Positions 14,605 to 27,990 of a stretch of 64,000 nt of DNA are shown piece by piece. The stretch lies in assembly GCF_009914755.1 (NCBI RefSeq), contig NC_060939.1; one strand, written 5' to 3'. Below the pieces are notes generated by a model. It made no database searches and was not told where the DNA came from. It was given only the letters and a program-made list of their open reading frames with translations. This DNA comes from the human T2T-CHM13v2.0 reference genome, Homo sapiens. Position 1 is the stretch's first letter. Every line of letters begins with the position of its first letter. The position numbers and the translations under genes were made by a program.

Positions 14605-17138
14605 AACTTTCAAAATAAGAAAAAATATTTTATATTTACCAACATATTTACTACTTTTAATGCTCTCTATTGTTTTAAGTAAATCCAAGTTTCCATCTAG
14701 TATCATTTTACTTCTGCCTAAAGGATTTTCTTTAGCTTTTCTCAGAGTGTAGGTCTACCAGGATTGAATTTTAGCAGCTTTGTTTTTGTCAAAGAAAAAA
14801 AAAAGTATTTAGTTTGTCTTTGTTTTTGAAGGATATTTTTACTGAATATAGAATTCTAGGTTGACAGGATTTTTTTTCTTTTAGCACCTTAAAAATGTCT
14901 TTCATTGTATTCTAATATGCATAGTTTATGATAAAAAGTCTGTGGTATTTTAATCTATTTTCCTCTGACATAGTGTCTTTTTCTCTCCAACTGCTTTTAA
15001 AAGTTTCATTACTAATTTTCAACAATTTTATCATGATGTACCTTTGGGGTTTTTTGTTTTTGTTTTGTTCTGTTTGGGACTCATTCAGGTTCTTGGATCT
15101 GTGGGTTTACATTATTCATCAAATTTGGAAAATTTTCTCCAATATTTCTTAAATATTTTTCTATCTTTTTTTCTTTCTTCTGGTACTTTAGCTACGTATG
15201 TATTAGACTGTTTGGTGCTGCCCCATAAGACATTGTGGCTATGCTTATTTATTGTTTAGCCTTTTGCATTTCTGTTTTGGTGTCAGTGGTTTCTGTTGCC
15301 GTGTCTCCAACTTCATGTTTTCTTCTCATCTGTTCTTAACCCCATCCAGTGAAATTTTCATTTCACATATTGTATTTTTTTGTCTCTAGTAATTTTAGGT
15401 TCTTTTTTATATCTTCTATTTTTCCTAATTGTGTTCATATTTTTATTTAAGTCCTTGAACATATTGAGCAGATTTACAATAGCATTTTAAAGACCTTGTT
15501 TGCTAATCTTGTCATCTCTGTCATTTCTGTTTCTGCTTCTACTGACTGATTTTTCTCCTAGTTTTGAGTCACATTATCCTGATTCTTGGCATGTCTAGTA
15601 ATTTTTAATTAAACTTTAGCTTAATTGTGAATATTACGCTGTTCAGTATTTTGTTGCCTTTGTGTAAAGCATGTTGGGAAGGAGGGTAAATTGCCAAAGG
15701 ATTAACTTCCTTCTTTCAAGTCTTGTTTAAATCTTTATTAGGGCAGCTCTGGTAAATGCCCTGGGCAATCAATAAGAACTTTCCACTCTGCCTAGTTGGA
15801 GCCTAAACATCTCCTTACCTGTATGAACTCTGGGAACTATTCAACTTTAAAATCCACCATTGTTCTTTGCCTGAATTCATGAAGTTTCAGCCTCCACATG
15901 GATGGCTTATAATTCAGCAAAGATCCAATGAAATCCTTTTGCACTTTTTAGAACTCTTTTTCTTCATGGTGCCTGAACATTAATCTCTGTCTTCTCAACT
16001 CAGTAAAACCTTCATGCTCTACTTGATATTCTTCCCTGCACCGCAATCCAGAATGTGCCTCTAGACACAAATCCCCAGAGATCATTTGGCTTATCTTTTT
16101 GTTTCCCTTCCCCCTGAGATCATACTCCATGGTGCCTGTTAACCAATATCTGAAAAATTATTTAATATATTTCAATCTGTTTGCTAGTTTACTATGATGG
16201 AAAGGTAAGTGTGGATTCTGTTGCTGTATTATAACCAGAAGTGGAAATCTCGTGTGCTGAATTTAATTCAGAAACTTTCAACTAGGCTAGAGGGAGCAGA
16301 GATGGATTAAAAGGTTTGCAGCTTAAACAGACATGTAATATATGTGCAAAATTGTTAGCTGGACACATAAACAAATAAACAGATAAACCTGACCAAGAAG
16401 GACCTGGAATAGACTCACCAATGTTGTTGACAGACTGTGGGGCTAGATGCAGTGCAGCTGGATCACTGAGTATCAGCTGACTAGTGATAACTGCTACTCC
16501 TTTGTGGTAAAAAGAGAGAAGTCAAACCTGAGGCTGGGCCTCCTTGGGCAGGGGCCTAGAGAGAATGAGGTCAGGAAATTGAGTAGCCATTCCTCCCCAA
16601 GCATAGTTTTAAAAATCAGTGTCTTAAACATTTTCAAAGATTATTTTTGACATGACAGTTCTTAAAACAAGCATAATGAAAATGTATTAGAGCAAGAGTA
16701 TAGAATATTCAACTGAAACATCTGTTCCCTAAATACAAGATCCCAGAGAAGGTAATCAAAGGGTGGGGACCTTTCTGTGGTCATTTTCCCATCACAGCCC
16801 TCACAAGCTTGTGCCCAGCCTCCTTACATCCTCATGTTCAGTGCCTCTCTGTAGCTTCCAGGACAGATCCAAACAAGACCCAGTCTGGCCCTAAACTCTC
16901 CCTGACCCCTGGCTTCCTAACATAAGCTCTATTTCTAAGATAGGACATGTGCCTCATGGTTCTCCATGCATGCTGATACTCTTTCCCCTGGACAACCTGC
17001 ATAATGGTGGATCCTCTGGCTAGAAAGGCCTCCCACCACCTCTGCCAAAACCAACCCACCTAGAAGACTTCTTTCTTGCCCTTCTAGATGCAGCTTACCA
17101 CCTTCATTTCCATGAAGCTTTCTTTTCCCCACCTCCTT

Positions 17139-17246
17139 GTGCATACACATACGCACATGCATGGATGTGTACACACACCTGCACATATGTGTACACACAC
17201 CTGCACATATGTGTGCACACATGCACACACTTGCATACACACATGC
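17139..17246. repeat. CA/TG-rich low-complexity repeat
   Basis: acacacacctgcacatatgtgt units. Confidence 0.85.
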
Positions 17247-17639
17247 AGTCCTCTCCTAGCTGCACTAATGTTTTATCTTTGTTCACCTATTTCTCCTGGT
17301 AAAGTGGCACTTCTTAAAGACAAAAATTTTGCCCTAAACATCTTCATAGTGTTTTATCTCCAGATCCAGGTACACAAGAGAAGCTCAATGAGTAACTACT
17401 GGATAATGAACTCAACTTTCACTTTAGGAATTTATTTGCCAAATGGACCAGAGCACTCCTGTCAGCCAGTCCAGGAATCCCCTTTTCCCTATTTACTGCC
17501 AATTAAAGACTGCTAACTTACCCTTTGAAAACACGCTGAAGGGTACAGCTGCTTAGCCAATGCATTCATTCTTCCTACATGTTCCAACACAATGGGTTAT
17601 GTTACATGAGAATGCACTGGAAGCTTCATCCTGACTAGC

Positions 17640-18003
17640 TGTACTAGTCCATTTTCATGCTGCTGATAAAGACATACCCAAGACTGGGTAATTTATAAAG
17701 AAAAAGAGGTTTAAAGGACTCACAGTTCCATGTGGCTGGGGAGGCCTCACAATCGTGGCGGAAGGCGAAAGACACATCTTATGTGGCAGCAGACAAAAGA
17801 GAGAATGAGAACCATGCAAAAGGGGTTTCCCTTTATAAAAGCATTAGATCTTGTGAGACTTATTCACTACCATGAGAACAGTATGGGGGAAACTGTCCCC
17901 ATGATTCAGTTATCTCCCACTGGGTCCCTCCCACAGCATGTGAGAGTTATGGGAGCTACAATTCAAGATGAGATTTGGGTGGGGACACAGCCACACCATA
18001 TCA
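17640..18003 (-). mobile_element. THE1-family MaLR solo LTR
   Basis: Reverse complement of the THE1 start (...gagatttgggtggggacacagccacaccatatca); tgtactagtccattttcatgctgctgataaagacatacc at the other end. Confidence 0.92.
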
Positions 18004-18219
18004 CCACCTTATTTAGATGTATGCCTCTCTGAGTCTCCTAGGCACCTCACCTTTTGCCCACCCCGAGGAAGGATCATTTCTTCAGATGGTTCCTTTGATC
18101 ATGTTTCTGTTGGAATTTAGCAGTTTTGATCCCAAAGGTAGAGGCCTAATAAAAGAAACCCTTATCCTATGTTCTGCCTCAACGCTGGAGGCATCTCTCT
18201 GTAGCCCTGGAATCAACAA

Positions 18220-18455
18220 CCAAGGTTATAATTTGGAATCTGCTACTTCATAGTTGTATGACCTTAGTCAATTTACCTAATCTTTCTGAGGCTGGATTTT
18301 TTAATCTATAAAATGAGAATATTGATGATAACTAATTACAAAGATAAGTCAACCACAGAGTTGCTGGGGTGGTTAAATGAGATGAAGTATGTCAGGAACT
18401 TAGTATGAGGCACATGGTAGACATTGAATAAATGTTGTTCTAATTATTATTATTA
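18220..18455 (+). mobile_element. MIR
   Basis: tgaccttagtcaatttacctaatc...taaatgagatgaagtatgt...aataaatgtt, ending in (TTA)n. Confidence 0.75.
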
Positions 18456-18649
18456 TTATTAAGCTTTCATACAGTGTTGATACCACTCTGCTCCTCCTGT
18501 CTCTCGTAGGACATTTCTAGAATCTGTTGGGGTTCCTGAGAGAGAGAGAGCACCTGCCACTGGCATTGAAAAAGGTAATATTTTGTGAATCTTAATTTGG
18601 GAGGACACAGTCAACTTCAATCGCTAGCTCATTTGGGAGACTTAGGAAC

Positions 18650-20105
18650 CAGAGACCAGGAATGTCATCTACAAGCAGTATGTAGGATTCAAGAACTCAG
18701 GTTATTTAAGAACATCGTTTGATTCTGGAAACTTGGTTTGTAAGAATTGTATGGATTTATGGAATGTTAGCCTCTAGGAATGCTGTGTGTTTCTAGATAC
18801 AATGGTTGAAAGAACTTCAGGTGATTCTGGAACATTGACCTTTAAAAATGATATATGATTTGTAATTTTGGCTTTTAATAATGTTATGTCATTTATAACC
18901 TTGTGTGCTTCTGGAAACTTGATTTATAATAAACTTATATGGTTCTGAAAACTTAGTTTATTAAAACATTATGTGATTCTGAAAATTTGGCTTGAAATAG
19001 AAAATATGTTTGATTCCAGGATCATAGCTGTCAGAATAGCACTATAATCACACTGTATGGCGTCAGAAACTTGCTTTACAAGAATATTGTGTGAGTCTGG
19101 AAGCCTAGTCTACAAGAAGTTCAGTTTAATTTTGGAATCTTGATCTCCATGTACGTTGGCTGGTAGGAATCTTGCATGAGTTTGGAACTTGTTCTTTAGA
19201 AATCTCATATATTTCTGGATGCTTGATCACAAGAATTTCATGTGACTTGCAAAGGTTGGTTTATTAGGTTTTGTGATTTTGAATCTTGGCTTGTAGGAAT
19301 CTTATGTGACTTTGGAATCTTGGCCTAAAAAACTGCTATTTAATTCTAGAACCTTAGCCAATGAGAATCTTAAGTGATTCAGAATCCCTGGTCTATAATA
19401 GCACAGCATTTCAGAACGTTGGCCTGTAAGAATATGATGCAACTCTGTAACACTGGCCTGTAATAACGTGATGTGGTTTCAGAATCTTAGCCTTTGCAAA
19501 GTGTGATTGTGATACTTTGGTATGTCAAAGACCACTGATAGTGTTTTAATATTTGTTTTTTCTTCCTTGGTCATAGACCACTGATTTTTAGCTGTGACAT
19601 GGCCAGCTAAAAACTAAATTTCTGAATAAAAACTGAAATAAAAAGTCCATTTCTCATTCTGTCTTGCAGCTAAGTTTGTCCTTGTGACTAAGGTCTGGCC
19701 AATGACATGGAAACAGAAGTGGCAGAGACACTTTCTGGAAAATATTTGTAAATGGAGGGGCTGTGCCCTTCATCAGCCCTTCCTCCTTCCTATTGGCTGG
19801 AATGTTGGCCTGCTTCCTGCAGCCACCTGGAGCCAGGAAGTGATGCTGGCAGGGAAACCACGAATGGTGGAGTATCGAGATTGAAGGAGCTCCTGCCACT
19901 GTGGAGCATCACCCCAAACCTACCTGATGTGAGGCAGAATTAAATTGCCTCACTGAAGCACTTTTATTTTGGATTTTGTGTCACTCACACACAAGCCTAA
20001 TCTAGTGTTTTAATCCAAAGAACAATAGATGATTCTGAAAATTTGGTTTCTATCATCCTGGCACCTTGGCCTGTAAATCTTAGGTGATTCAGACACCTTG
20101 GTATG
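18650..20105. repeat. Highly degenerate ~34-bp tandem array (18650-19525, resuming 20028-20105)
   Basis: GATTCTGGAA-like cores at 18721, 18823, 18907, 18941, 18975, 19275, 19308, 19342, 19376. Confidence 0.8.
19560..20010. mobile_element. Old MLT1-type MaLR LTR
   Basis: tcttgcagctaag...gtgactaaggtctggccaatgacatgg...aagcacttttattttggattttgtgtcactcacacacaagcctaatc. Confidence 0.7.
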
Positions 20106-20319
20106 CTGGATTACCTGTTGTCAATTTAGCATCACTGCCACCCTCTTGAAGAGGAGAAGCCAAGAACTACATTTCCCAGAGTTCCCTTCAGGGTGGTTCT
20201 GGATTAGAGTTGGCTGTGAGGACACTCACATGAGATCTGGAGGGTGAAAGAGGAGAGGCCATTATTCTCCAGAGACTACTAGGCAATAGCGCGGGCACTC
20301 TGGCTGCTATGACTTAGGG

Positions 20320-20819
20320 CAGAGGTTAGCAAACTACAGCCCATGGCTGTAGTAGGTCAGACTAGCCCACTACTTGTTTTTGTAAATAAAGTTTTGGGAC
20401 CTTTTTGCTAATTTTTTTTAAGTTCTATGGTACATGTGCAGGGTGTGCAGGTTTGTTATGTAGGTAAATGTGTGCTATGGTGATTTGCTGCACCTGTCAA
20501 CCCGTCACCTAGGTATTAAGCCCAGCATGCGTCAGCCATGTTTCCCAATGCTCTCCCTCCCCACCGCCTCCCCCACAGGCCCCAGTGTGTGTTGTTCCCC
20601 TCCCTGTGCCCACGTGTTCACATTGTTCAGCTCCCGCTTATAAGTAAGAACATGCAGTGTTTAAATAAATTTTCTTGGAACACGGCCTTGTTTACATATT
20701 GTCTATGGCTGCCTTTAAGCCACAACAGCAGACTTGAGTAGTTGCTACAGGGATCCTCTGTGGCAAAACCTAAAATATTTACTATCTGGTCTTGTACAGA
20801 AAAAGTTTGCCAACTCCTG
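20320..20819 (+). mobile_element. MER58A (hAT-Charlie MITE) split by an L1PA insertion
   Basis: cagaggttagcaaactacagccc...tttttgtaaataaagtttt [L1] ggaacac...aaaatatttactatctgg...aaaaagtttgccaactcctg. Confidence 0.85.
20402..20661 (-). mobile_element. L1PA 3' end fragment
   Basis: gtacatgtgcagggtgtgcaggtttgtt...cacctaggtattaagcccagcatgc; TSD-like taaataaa(g/t)ttt. Confidence 0.9.
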
Positions 20820-21999
20820 CTATAGAATACATGGTTGGAGCTTAGTAAGTTCCATTTAATAAGTATGTGTTGAGCATCAGCTCTCTGGTGTGTGGCGGGG
20901 ATCCTTGTTCATAGAGTAGGTATCATTTAGGTGGAACAATAAAGTATATCCAAGTAGCAAAGTCACACGTTTACTTACGTTACCTTTAACTATTCAGAGA
21001 AATATATAATTTTGTTTTTTTCTCTAGTAATTGATCGGATCTCCTTCAAATCACTATCCATTGGGTAACAGAAGCAAGAAATCCTACAATTTAATTGACC
21101 CCAATAATTTTTTCCCTTTCTCCTTTTTTTCTCTGCCTCCCCTGAGATTCCTGGTGTGTGTGGAGGAAGAGGGGAATAGCCACAGCTTTCCAGGAGGCCC
21201 ACCTGCCCCTCAGTAACTTTTAATTGCATAAAATAATGTATATTTTCAAAGCTATGCTTGGCTTCATTCGGTAAAAATACACAGGATGTGGCAGTACAGG
21301 AGAGTTGGGGCTTTAGACTGACACAGTATGTGCCCTCTGGAACCTCTGGCCTCAGCTGCGGAGGGGCTGGTCCTGGGTGTACCCTGGGCTGGTGACTGTG
21401 AGGAGGTCCTGGGCGTTGCCCTGGCATCCACTACTGGAGTCTGCGGTGGCTTCAGCATATGAATTGCTCTCCTTTTTTCTCTGCATGGTCAGAGCTCACA
21501 TTGTCCCAGCTGATTTGGCCCCATTTTGGTCCTTTCTCTTCATTATTTTGATTTAAGTCCAGTCTTCAAGTTCACTTTAAATGAAAAAGCTTTTACCTAG
21601 AGAGAAGAAACTCACAAGTTTATTAATATAACAAAAAAAACCCAGCTTTACTGTCATCTCCCAACCTCCCCAGACCTACTGGGAGAGAAGAAGAGGATCC
21701 CTGGACCTATTAGGACTTCTCACATTCTAAAGAGGTGTCATTCCAGTAGCCTGTAGGTTCTCATGGATCTGGGTCTCACTTTATTTGATCAGGGAAGGAG
21801 ATATGGCCAGGGAATCTTCATTTCTAAGAGGTCAGTTGGCTAAAGTCCTGAGGTGTTGATGGTTTGAAAAACCGTTAATCCTTTTACATTTTTATACCAC
21901 AGAACAGTAATCACACTTTTACATCTCAGTTTTTGTGTCAAAATTCAAATGTTTGCATTATAATTGAAGTGTATTAAGCTATTTAATGCCCACAGGCTT

Positions 22000-22280
22000 C
22001 TAGAGGCATAGGAGACAGTCCAGTAACCAAAGATAAAGGCTAGCCACAAGACAGCAGAGCTGGGCTCTAGAGAAGCCACAAGCTGCAGGAGCCTGCTGAG
22101 AGAACAGTGAGGGAAAATCCCTTCCTTCTGCTATGTCTCTGTAGCGCCCTCTACTGACAACGCTTACCACTGTGCCAGCTGGCAAAAGAAAACTATTTAA
22201 TGGGCCCATCTCCATTTTTGCAGAGCTGGTAGTGAAGGATAAATTTGGAACTGAGAGTCAGTAAATTGATAACTGGAACA
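22000..22280 (-). mobile_element. LTR33/LTR41-like ERVL LTR fragment
   Basis: Ends in ggaactgagagtcagtaaattgataactggaaca, resembling the reverse complement of the LTR33/41 start. Confidence 0.7.
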
Positions 22281-22308
22281 TATGAGATATGTCTATCAAT
22301 AATTATCA

Positions 22309-22605
22309 TGGCAGGTGCAGTGGCTCACACCTGTAATCCCAGCACTTTGGGAGGCCAAGGCAGGCAGATCACTTTAGCTCAGGAGCTCCAGACAAGCCCG
22401 GGCAACATGGCAAAACCCCATCTCCACTAAAAATAAAAAAAAATTAGCCGGTCGTGGCAGTGTGTGCCTGTAGTCCCAGCTACTCAGGGGGCTGAGGTGG
22501 GAAGATCGCTTGAGCCTGGGAGGCTGAGGCTGCAGTGAGCCAAGATTGAGTCTGCCAGGGTGACAGAGCAAGACCCTGTCTCAAATAAATAATAGTAATA
22601 ATAAT
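22309..22605 (+). mobile_element. AluJ
   Basis: Alu dimer with J-type features. Confidence 0.92.
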
Positions 22606-22609
22606 ATTT

Positions 22610-24173
<1,564 letters not shown>

Positions 24174-24534
24174 TCATTGATCTATTTAACATCTTATAAC
24201 TAAGGACCATAATGTGATTTCAGGGTCATCATGTTCATTTGAGTAAGAGTCCTATTGGCACCAAGTAGTACTATTTTATTTTTAAGGACTAGCATCAGAA
24301 GGATATAGTACATAAATGAGTTCATACTCAGTGACATCAAAAATGCTATATGAACAAAGGCTTTAGAGTAGTTTGGATGGAGGAAAAGGTGATGGGGGAG
24401 TTGGATCATCATACAACACAAGGTGATAATAAGCTGAACTCGAAGGAATCTATATCACTGCAGTCAATACCATAATCACAGTGCCAGTGGTGAGTTAGTT
24501 TCAGCAAAACAACATCTAGAGCTAATCATCCCCA

Positions 24535-25097
24535 GCTACTAAAACAAGATCCTCCTGAGTGCTTTGTCCAGTGCCCTATGAATTATGAGTTTTTTCAGTC
24601 TGGCTGGAGAGCAGGTACTATTACTGGCCCCGCATGAGCTTCTGGTGCTGTTCCTTCTAACCCTTTCGGGTGATTCTTTCGCTGGCTCATGGGGCTTCCT
24701 CACACGCAGGTGCTGATCAAACTCTGCTAAATGCCTGAGGGAGACCCTTGGTGGCTCTTTGGAGTTCTCCGTCTGTGTGGCTCTCTTCTCTCCAGTCCTG
24801 TGCCCTGCGAACTCTGACAGCCTGGGCCTCCTTACATTCAGTTCCTTCCACCCTCTCAACCCAGGGAGTCTGTGGGACCCGCCTGTGTTCCTTCTCCCTG
24901 CACCGTGGCCTGGAAACTCTCTCAAGGCAGCAAGCTGGGACGGTCACAGGGACTGTCTCATTTGTTTGTTGCGTCTTAGGGATGACTTCATTGCCTGAGG
25001 TCTGGTGTCTTGAAAATCAGTGTTTCATATTTTTAGTTGTTTCAGGTGGGCTAGTAAATCCAGTCTCTTACTACTTCTTGGCTGGAAGCAAAAGACC
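24535..25097 (-). mobile_element. L1M 5'-region fragment
   Basis: Resembles the sequence at 15770-16250 (ttttcagtctggctgg...; tcttgaaaatcagtgtttcatat...ggctggaagc). Confidence 0.65.
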
Positions 25098-25099
25098 CC

Positions 25100-25790
25100 A
25101 AAGGATCCAAATTTGATCCTATCATAAGCACTCATGTATTAGGCTGACCCATCCTTAATCAATTTCTGAACTCATCTCGTTTGCAGTACTTTGCCAAATG
25201 CAGCCAACAGCAAGCAAAACACACTACTCAATTTCTGTCTTCAAACTTCTTTCCCTACATTTCAAGTAATTACAGGTGAGAGTTTCACCAAATGTTTCTC
25301 CACTGCATGGATAGCTATCTCTCCAGCTTCCAACATCAGTTCCTTATTGCTGCCACTGAATCTCTAAGAGAATACTGCATCTTTTCATTGTTTTTTGCTT
25401 TAACAGCACTTCACTTCTAAGTACAAATTTCTGTGTTAGTCAGGATAGGCTAGGTTAAGCTGTGCTAACAACAACCACCCTTAAAATCAATAAGAGCTTA
25501 TTTCTGGCTCCAATGTGGAGCAGAAGGGAGGGGCACCCTCATGGCCACCTGTGACTCCGTGGCAATACCTGCTTTCATCCCTGCAAGCAGGAAGGAGACA
25601 TAGCCAACTCCACACTGGCTCTTAAAGCTTCTGCCCAAAAGGGTCATTTGTCACCTCTGCTCACATTTTTATAGGTCAGGGCAAGTCATATGGCTTCACT
25701 TAACTTCCAAAGAGAGCAGAGGTATGCAGTGCTACCATGTGCCTGGAAGGAGGGAGATGGGAACCTTCTGGAGCAGCCCTAGTGTCTGCC
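25100..25790. mobile_element. MLT1 internal fragment plus LTR (old MaLR)
   Basis: cacttctaagtacaaatttctgtgttagtcaggataggctagg junction; gctcacatt...gcaagtcatatggc. Confidence 0.65.
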
Positions 25791-27637
25791 CATGTGGCAT
25801 GTGTGCTTCCCTTTGTTATCTCTGCTCTAGCTCTGACAATCAGCAATCAATGTGTGACTTGCTGAGTGATAATCAGCTGCCGGATGTATTGAAAAGGAAT
25901 GCCTTGCTCCAGGCTCCTCGGGATGCCTTGGTTTACTGCAGAACAAAGGAGACTCCTAACTACTGAGGCAATGTGAGTCCAAAAAGCATCAGGTTAGACT
26001 GACGGAGACAACTCAGGAAGGCTTCCAACAGGGATCGGGGGGTGGAGGGGCTTTGCATGGCCAGATATCTCCACAAATTGCAGTGACCCTGGCCTTCGAG
26101 ACAGAAGGATGCATTTTCAAAGACTGGCTCTCACTGGCTATGTGACCTTGAACAAGTCATGTCCCCTCTGGAGCCCTCAGTTTGCTCCCCTGTCAGAGGG
26201 AGATAATGTGAGTGGAAATTTCCAGAACAGTGGTTGGCTTCCTCCCTCCCCCTGACTGGGAAATGCCTCTCTCTCCTGGACCAAAGCCTAGGGCTGATTC
26301 ATAGTCACTATCAGCATCATTCTCAGCCTGGGCCAGGTCAACACATTGTTTATCTTGGTGTCTGAGCCCATTCCTGGCATTGCAGAGACAGAGGATAAGA
26401 GCATGGGGGCTGGTGGATCCCCAATCCCCATCTTTCTACCCTGTCCCCTCCTTCCTCCTCCCACCCCAGGGTCTTGTGAGAATAACTAAAAAATGCAACT
26501 CTAAGGCCAGCAAGGCCAATTTCCCAGGGGCAGAGTCCATGATTCCCATACAGACCCTCCTGCTTGCCTCCAAAGAAGGCTTCCTTTGTAATGACTCTTG
26601 AATTAATCAACTTCTATCGACTCCTATGCCTGCCTCTGATCTCAGGGTCTCCAGTCCTCCCCCAACACAGCTGCAGACGTCTCCCATCTCTCCTTCCTGC
26701 CTTAGTCCCTCCTGCCCTAGTCCCTCCCTCCACCCTCCTGACGCACACTGCGGTGACTGCCAAACTGGGCATCACCCTGTCCAGCCTTCTGCCCAGCAGC
26801 CTTTCACGCTGCCCAGGTGACAGGAAGCCCCGCCATGACTCCAGATCCTGGCCCTTACCTCTCTCAAGTCCTCTACTCAGACCAAGCAGTCTGCTGGACC
26901 AGTCACGTGTTTCTCTGCCTAGAATATCTGTCCTAGTCCTTCCTCTGATTATCTAAGGAGCATCTCAGACCCCACCTTGGTGACCACCCCAGCCCACTCA
27001 TGCCTTCCTTCCCCAAGCTCTGTAGACAGACAACCATGCAGTGCAGTGATCAGAACAGAGGTGCTGATGGTCCACTGTGGATCCACATCTGGCCCTGTAT
27101 CTCCTGAGCAAGCAACTATATCTCTCTCTGGCTCAGTTTCCCCATCTGTAAAAGGGAGATACTGATGATATCTTCCCCAGAGGGCTACTGGGAGGAGTAA
27201 CAAGATGTAAAAACATGCAGTGTGTGTGCATGGGTGTGTGACACTGGTCATCATTTGATGTCTATTGGCCCATCCACTCTGCACACATGGACTGAGTCCC
27301 TCGTTTTTGCCAGGGTCTGAGCGACTCACTAAGATTCATCCATGCCCTCAAACAGCCCTGCTTCAACTAGGGGAGAAAACACAGTGTTTGAATACCATGT
27401 GATGGTATCCATCCTGTTCCAGGTGGAGGATGCAGAGGATGGCCCCCTGCACCTTCCAGGATAAGAAGATCCTGATGCAGTCAACTTACCACCAGGAGGC
27501 AGGTTGGTCTCCTCAAGGAAACAATGCCATTTCAGGGGTTTGATTTTGGTCTCCATTATGGACAAGTTGGACATTCAGAAGTGGCAGGAGCTAGATCAGC
27601 CTTGGGTAGGTGGAAGCCCATGTCATTGGGCCAATAG

Positions 27638-27990
<353 letters not shown>

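Noticed and set aside
18650-20105. CRISPR-like reading of the 34-bp and 40-bp periodic arrays
   Set aside because: Eukaryotic context, units are head-to-tail without unique spacers, and there are no cas genes.
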